From assembly GCF_009914755.1 (NCBI RefSeq), contig NC_060929.1: DNA of 64,000 bases; one strand, given 5' to 3'. Of this stretch, positions 54,120 through 64,000 are shown piece by piece. A program made the position numbers and the translations under genes. Under the pieces are notes generated by a model that saw nothing but the letters and a program-made list of their open reading frames with translations, was not told where the DNA came from and did no database searches. This DNA is from the human T2T-CHM13v2.0 reference genome, Homo sapiens. Every line of letters starts with the position of its first letter. The stretch's first letter is position 1.

Positions 54120-54609
54120 AAAAGAAGCAGGGCCAGGGTATTGATTTTGTGAGCTAAGAGGGGAGATGGGCACAGGAGTGTGGCATGGGGAATGGGAGGA
54201 TGTCAATTGGGCAACCTCACCTCCCTCAAGGGTCAAGAGTCTGGACTTCTTTGAGCCTTGCTTTATGGTATGTGGCACCAGTTTAAATATTGAGATTGTG
54301 TGTAACTGTTTTTTGAGATTATTGAATGGAAACGTGCGTGATTTGAGTCCATTCCAATGCTCTAAAAGGATCCAAGCATTGACACTACAGACTGCAGACT
54401 TCAGTGGCAGCATCTGGGAGGGCATAAAGTGTCCCTGAAGCCTCATGACCTCACACCTATAGGATGGAAACCAGGGCCACACCCTCACTACTCTAACATT
54501 TAGCCTTAAATTTAAACCAATTCCTTTAGATTTAGCAGCAATATCTGAGTTATCAAGAGCCAGGAAAGGCTTCAACATGTAAAACATAGGACTTGTTTAT
54601 AGTAAAAAC

Positions 54610-55280
54610 AGCTAACAATTACACAGTTGAATGATGATCATGTGCCAGTCATAAGTTTACGTAAGTTAACTCCCAACTATCCTATAAGTAGGTATTGCTA
54701 TTATCCCCATTTTGTGGAGTTAGAAACTGAGGCAATAAGAAGGTAGAAGGGGCAAAGAAGCTCCCTCTGGCTTCCTTTATAGGAGCACAGTCCCATTCAT
54801 GAGGGCTCCCCACTCCATGACCTAGTCACCTCCCAAAGGGCCAGCCCCTTAATACCATCGCTTTGAGGGTTAGGTTTCAACATGGATTGGGGACAGACAC
54901 AAATATTCAGACTATAGGAAGGTGTCTGGCACATGGCATGGTCGGGGTGGCAGGGGTAGTTTCCAAAGACTAAGGCCTACTAACTGGAGTGCTTACATGA
55001 GCCTCTCCAAGTAACCCAGCCTACTCCCAGCATGCTAGCTGCAGGTTGGTCAGACTTCTTACAATATGGCTCAGCAACCCAAGTGCCAGTATTCCAGAAA
55101 ACAAGGTGAAACCGTATCACCTTTTATGACAGCCTCAGAAGTCACATGGCATCACTTCCTCAATACTGTGTGTATTGTCAACATAGTCACCAGCCCACCC
55201 AGATGAAAGAAGTGGGATTAGACTACACTTCTTGCTGGGGGGATGGAGGGGAGATGGCAAGGTGGCATCATAGAATGGCA
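54610..55280 (-). mobile_element. Adjacent MIR, MLT1A and MLT1H-like fragments
   Basis: MIR core at ~54700-54740; CCCATTCATGAGGGCTCC (MLT1A); CAGAAGTCACATGGCATCACTTCC (MLT1H-type). Confidence 0.6.
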
Positions 55281-55849
55281 TTGGGATGGGAGATAATGTT
55301 GCACCATTGGAAATGTGCCATGGGTCCAAGAAAATAAGTGAGAAATCACAGGATCTACTTGCCTGCTAAGAAAACCAATGGCCTCATTACCAAAAACAAA
55401 CAAAATCATTCATTAAAATATTTGGGAAAAAGCCAGCTTTCCTATATTCTGATCTCTGTAAGGTTTTTTGTGAAAGCTCATAGAATAGGTAGAACAAGAG
55501 TTACAGAAATACAGCAAATGAGGCCCTAAAATATGTACTTCAAGCAATTGCAGACAGAGAAACTGAGAAATCTCAGGCCACAGTATTGGTAGGAGAGAGC
55601 TCTGTAGATGGCCTGGAACATGGTTGTGTGAGAATGACTAGGAAATCAGAAAACGCCACCAGGTCAGAATGACAAAAGATGACAATCTGAACAGACCCAG
55701 GATAGAGGTGTGTTCCTGGCCATGGATTTCACTGATTGTCTAGTAAGGAGTAATTATTACTTAATACAAGAATAACACTCTATTAAACATGTAATTATGC
55801 TGACTTCATAAGTATGCTTAAGTTATATTTTTTAGGACTACATGGATTT

Positions 55850-56380
55850 CTGTAGTTTCTGCCTGCCTGTGATACCTCCCTCTTTCTTCTGGTAACAAAC
55901 TGGGCTGTCCACTTGGGAATTGTTGATTGGTGAGTTGTCAAATGCAGGGCCCACCACTCTCCTCCTCTGGGTTCACGATCCAGGCTAGCTTCATACAATG
56001 GTATATGCAATGATTAGTTCAGAATTTTGTGTGTGTGTGTGAGTGTGTGTGTGTGTGTGTTTGTGTGTGCGTGTGTATGTGATGTTTAATGGGGGACCAG
56101 AATCCTTTCTTGGAGATTACCATGGTTGCTTGGAGAGAGAATCTTCTTTTTTTGAGAGTGTGTGTGCTAAGGATCACAGGAACCTGGATGTGTTGAGAGA
56201 CAGAGACTGCAAGAGTAATGACATGACATTGTCTGAACTTTGGGAAACAATTATGTTTGGAGCCAGAGCTACCCCTTGGACTTTCCAGTTAATCGAATCA
56301 ATCCATTGTCTTTTTAACCTAGACTAGTTCCAACTGGGATTCTGTCACTAGTATCTGCATGGTCCTAATTTCCACATTAC
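55850..56380 (+). mobile_element. Old MaLR LTR (MLT1J/K-like) containing (TG)n at 56028-56080
   Basis: CCCTTGGACTTTCCAGTT..GGGATTCTGTCACT 3' motifs. Confidence 0.45.
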
Positions 56381-57398
56381 TATATAAGCAACACTCCACA
56401 GTGTGGATTCTGTAATTCTCATTCAAATCATTTGCCCTCATTGGATTCTCCTCCTGGTGTAGTGAGACACGGTGCCCTAGACCAGTGAGTTCCCATGTCC
56501 TAATGCCCGCATGATTCTGGAGTTCAGCCTCAGTAGAAAGGCAAGTGGCGGTCCTCTCTGAGGGTTCAAGCAACTCGAGAATATGCTCTTGGCCTTCAGG
56601 GCTGAGCTGATAGCATTACAAATGTCCCTTGCATTACTAGCAGGACTCTAGAGGGCTGGGATGATAAAGGGTTATGGGAAATGGTGGCAAGGAAAAAAGA
56701 CTTGAGAATATCAAGTTCCTTCAAAATGGAAACTGTTTTCCCTGGTGTAGATTTATGCACTCACATTCATAGTCATTATTTTAAAGATGTTTAAATTTTT
56801 ATGTAATGAGGTCTCAGCCCTGGTCTGAACATGATGTATAGGGTATGAGGCTGACACCTGCCTCGGCCACCTCCCAGGCTGCCTCCCCATCAGTTGGAAG
56901 TTCCAGGGCCACCCTCGCCATAAAGACCTCTCCTTGCATTTCTATGAAGCTGCAAATAAGTGGCTTTTAATAAAAGCGCTTTATTTCTTGCCTTTTCTTT
57001 CCTCCGTATCATTAAGTTTCACTGTATTTGCAGAGCCTGGTGCTCGAGGGAGGCATATTTTGGTTCTTATGCTTATCTGCTGACTTATTTTAATGGAGGA
57101 ATAAAATAATTGATTTATTCTTAAGGTCATGGAGGCCACTCCTAATTATCTGTTATGTTTTTTCAAAATACATACTTTTTGAAATTTTTATATATGCCAT
57201 ATATTTATATATACATAATTTTATACATGTAAAATAATAGTTCATATGATTTTTAAAACCACAGCATTTTTAAAAAGCTTATAACAAGAAAACCCCTGAG
57301 CTTCTTGCTCTAAAATTTCACCTGTTTTACCTAGTTCTTATGGTATTTCTTTTCGTATTTCTACATAATATACCCAATTTCTTATCATTTAAAAATAA

Positions 57399-57740
<342 letters not shown>

Positions 57741-58311
57741 TGACTTCCTATTACAATAGATGAAAATTTGTCTCTGTTACTCTTCCCTTCCCACATTTGT
57801 CTCCTTTCATCTGACCAACGTAGTATGTCACAAGTTTTTTAACCTTATTATGACTATGTCAATATTGTCCATTGGTGAGCCAAGAAGCATAATGTAATGT
57901 TTCCCTTTTTGTACAACGGTTTGTTCTTCCTGGAGTTCATTGTCTCATTTTGTTCCCATGTTGGGTTTTCTATGTACCCATATTTAATTTTTTTCCCAGG
58001 TGTGTCATCAGCTCTACCAGATACCCAGGATATTATTTTCCAAATGTTCAAATGTATTAATAAATAATCAACTTTATTTTTCTCCCTGAAGCCCTCCCTT
58101 CCAGACTCTTCTGGTTTCCTGTACCAATTGCACCACTGTCATCTGTGGACTCCCTTTGTCCATCCTCTGTGCATTATCAAGGTTCTCTGTCTCTCTCTCT
58201 TCATTACCTGGGTCTGCCTGGTGTCACACTAAACACAATAGGATGGCTGTGGCCATTTTGGCCAAACATTCTCCGTAACTAGCAACCCCAGTGAAAAGTG
58301 ACTTCTCACTT

Positions 58312-60846
<2,535 letters not shown>

Positions 60847-61524
60847 TAACTTCTGTCTTCTAACATCCATATTCCAACCCCAGGGAAGGATCCAATTGGC
60901 CCTGTGTGGGTCAGTGACCCCTTCTTGACCAGAAGAAATAGGGGTGCTCTGGTGAACCCATGACTGGCATCACCTGTAAGAAGACATGGAACTAGGGAGA
61001 GATGGGCATTCCCTGAAAGAAAGAGGCTGAACAGACTCCCCCTGCATGGCCACTTCAGGGCTGGACGAAGAAAAGACAGATAGAGGGCCATTCTCTTGGG
61101 AACCAGACAGCCAGTGTTCTACTCTTGGTTGCACCTACTGAGTTGTTGCATGACCTTAGGAAAATTAATTGGCCTCATTGCCTCAGTGTTAATTCCTTTC
61201 AAAGGAAGGATCTAGATTCAAGTTTGTAATAGAATTGAAGATTCTCAGGTCCTACACTCTGTCCAATAAGAGACTGTAATATGAGGGCTGCTCTGATTTA
61301 GACGTAGGCATAGGTCACAAAAAAATGATGGAAGTTGTTTTGTTGGAAGCTTGTCCAACTCACAGTAGGCATAGGTCACAAAACAATGATGGAAAATAAA
61401 AGTGGAACCAGAAAGTAAATGGTCCAATACAATAGTTAATATTGATTAAATTTTTACTGTGGATGGGCCAGGCATTGTTAAAGGCTTCAGTTGAATTAAC
61501 ACATTTTTAATTTTTAAGAACTCA

Positions 61525-61961
<437 letters not shown>

Positions 61962-62004
61962 TCTTTCTTGTTTTCTAATGGGTCCATTTCAAAGCATTCT
62001 ATTA

Positions 62005-62140
62005 CAACTCTGTACCTTGGTTTCCTCATCTATAAAATGGAGACAATAAACTTATCTATATCTCACAGATTAAATGAGATGATGCATATTAAGCATTGAG
62101 AAGTGCCAGGAATATAATAACCATCCAATAAATATTATCA
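62005..62140 (+). mobile_element. MIR fragment
   Basis: GTTTCCTCATCTATAAAATGGAGACAATAA core. Confidence 0.75.
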
Positions 62141-62785
62141 TGATTATTATTAGCTATTCTTCTTGTTGGTTTTCTCTATAGTGGCCACTTCAGTGAGGAA
62201 GCTTTCTCTCTCTGCTCAGTTACTCTTTCTCTATCTTCTCTCATCCAAAAATGTGTTGCAATTTTTTTTTCCTACTGATGTTTCTTCTTTGACTTTCCAT
62301 GTCCTTCTTTTTTAATTGCTTTGGTTGTTTGGGGTAGAAAAGGTAATTAATGCACTCTTAATGCACTGTTAAGCATTTTCTACCAGTTTTTAGTATTTGG
62401 TAATTAAACATTTTCCTAATCTTGTTTTATTTAACTTATGACATTTCTAAAAGACTCACAGTTCATTGTGTGAGCTTTTTCTTCCTCTTCAGTAATTTTG
62501 AATAATCACATATAATCTCCAGCATGGTGTCTGGAACATAGGAAAGGCTAAATGAATATTTGTTCTGCACCTCCCTACCTTTATCTTTATCTTCTTAATA
62601 CATCTTATGATTTTAGTGCATCTTATGATCATCTTATGATCTTAATACATCTCATGATTTCTGGCTCTAGGTAGCCACTAAATAAGCTTCATTCTGAACT
62701 GGGCAACGTGATGGAAGCAGTGCATCTCCTCTTAGCCCCCCAGAAAGGCACTAGGGAACAGGTGGCATTTCACAAGGGTTTAAAC

Positions 62786-63001
62786 TAAGTTTGTCCAACT
62801 CATGGCCCATGGGCCACAATGGCTTGGAATGCGGCCTAACACAAATTCATAAACTTTCTTAAACATTATGAGATTTTTTTTTTTGCAATTTTGTTTTTAG
62901 CTCATGAGCTATCGTTAGTGTTAGTATATTTTATGTGTGGCCCAAGACAATTCTTCTTCTCCCAATGTGGCCCAGGGAAGCCAAAAGTTTGGACACCCCT
63001 G
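62786..63001. mobile_element. MER30 hAT-Charlie MITE
   Basis: TTGTCCAAC...TTGGACACCCCTG ends; 8-bp TSD GTTTAAAC / GTTTAAGC. Confidence 0.85.
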
Positions 63002-63764
63002 GTTTAAGCCATGGGGCAGAGACCACTGGTGGGGCTGTGTGTAAGGGCATTCTGTCATATGGTGCAGCATTAAACCATAGGTGAAAGCAGGAGGGAGCTG
63101 AGTGAACCAAAGGACTCTTTGTTAGTGCATTGTCCTAGAAAGGGTAGGTCACATCATGACCTGATAATGTCAACAATGAGTTTCCCAGGGATCTTGTCAT
63201 TGACTCACTCATTCATTCAATCAGCAAATATTTATTGAGTGACTGCAACGTGCCAGGAGCTGGACAGTCAGCAAGACAGATGAAGTCTGTGCATTCCATG
63301 GTATAGGGTAAAAAAGCTTTGCGTGACATGGGGAATTTTATTCAGTATCATATAAATGTTATATCAACCCAACAACTCTTCCTAACTCCCTTCTCTATTG
63401 CCAGCTTCCGCCCCCACCTACCACCATGGAGCCTGAAAAAGCTAAATGCTGCTTTTTCATCTTCCCTTGCAGCCCGAATAGTCACATGATACCATTCTGT
63501 GTAATGTTACTTAATCAGTTGTCTGCTGAGGGCTTTTGGGAAGGAATTTGCTCTATCTGATGGAAGGATGCATGTAGCCAATGCTGACTCTTCCCCTTCT
63601 TCCTTCCCTGGCTTCAACAGCCATCATGTTGGAAGGACCAAGAGTCACAGGGTTGAAAAGCAGGAGCAACGCCAGAATGCCTGCCTCTTGACTTTCTGTG
63701 ACCTGAAACCCATATTTGTTTATCCACCTTAATTTAAGTTTGTTGTTAGTCATAGCTGAAAATG

Positions 63765-64000
63765 GGCTGGGTGTGGTGGCTCACACCTGTAATTCCGGCA
63801 TTTTGGGAGGCCCAGGCAAGTGGATCACTTGAGCTCAGGAGTCTGAAACCAGCCTAGGCAACATAGTGGGACTCCCATCTCTACAAAAAATACAAAAATT
63901 AGATGGGTATGGTGGTGCACACCTGTAGTCTCTGCTACTTGGAAGGCTGAGGCAGGAGGATTGCTTGAGCCTAAGAGGTTGAGGTTGCAGTGAGCGGAGA
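63765..64000 (+). mobile_element. AluJ (runs off the window)
   Basis: AluJ-like GGAGGATTGCTTGAGCC. Confidence 0.85.

Noticed and set aside
61304-61394. CRISPR-like repeat-spacer-repeat geometry
   Set aside because: Only two repeats, no cas genes, eukaryotic context.
62595-62660. Short degenerate (CATCTTATGAT)-like repeats; also small duplications at ~12149 and ~12803
   Set aside because: Ordinary slippage-scale duplications with no further structure.

Overview
Primate (almost certainly human) genomic DNA. The first ~3.3 kb hold the last two coding exons (Ser/Thr kinase domain, ending ...LQSRLLPRV*) and the 3'UTR of TRIO on the + strand. The remaining ~60 kb is repeat-rich DNA with no other intact protein-coding gene: about 40 Alus, several old L1s, a near full-length Tigger1, a complete THE1 provirus inserted into an Alu, solo THE1/MST/MLT1/MER4/MER50 LTRs, and MER1, MER5, MER30, MER47, L2 and MIR fragments. 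The most notable unexplained element is a polyadenylated, TSD-flanked beta-defensin (DEFB112/DEFB110-like) retrocopy at ~22.8-23.4 kb. It sits inside a MER5A1 and is itself split by an Alu, so the ORF track misses it. Other observations: several local templated-insertion scars (direct, inverted and fold-back copies of nearby DNA), a tandem splice donor that could give an NMD-resistant kinase-truncated TRIO, a G4/complement pair around a TRIO poly(A) site, and a candidate distal terminal exon at ~24.8-25.2 kb. Repeat subfamily names and protein comparisons come from recalled consensus sequences, not from a database search.
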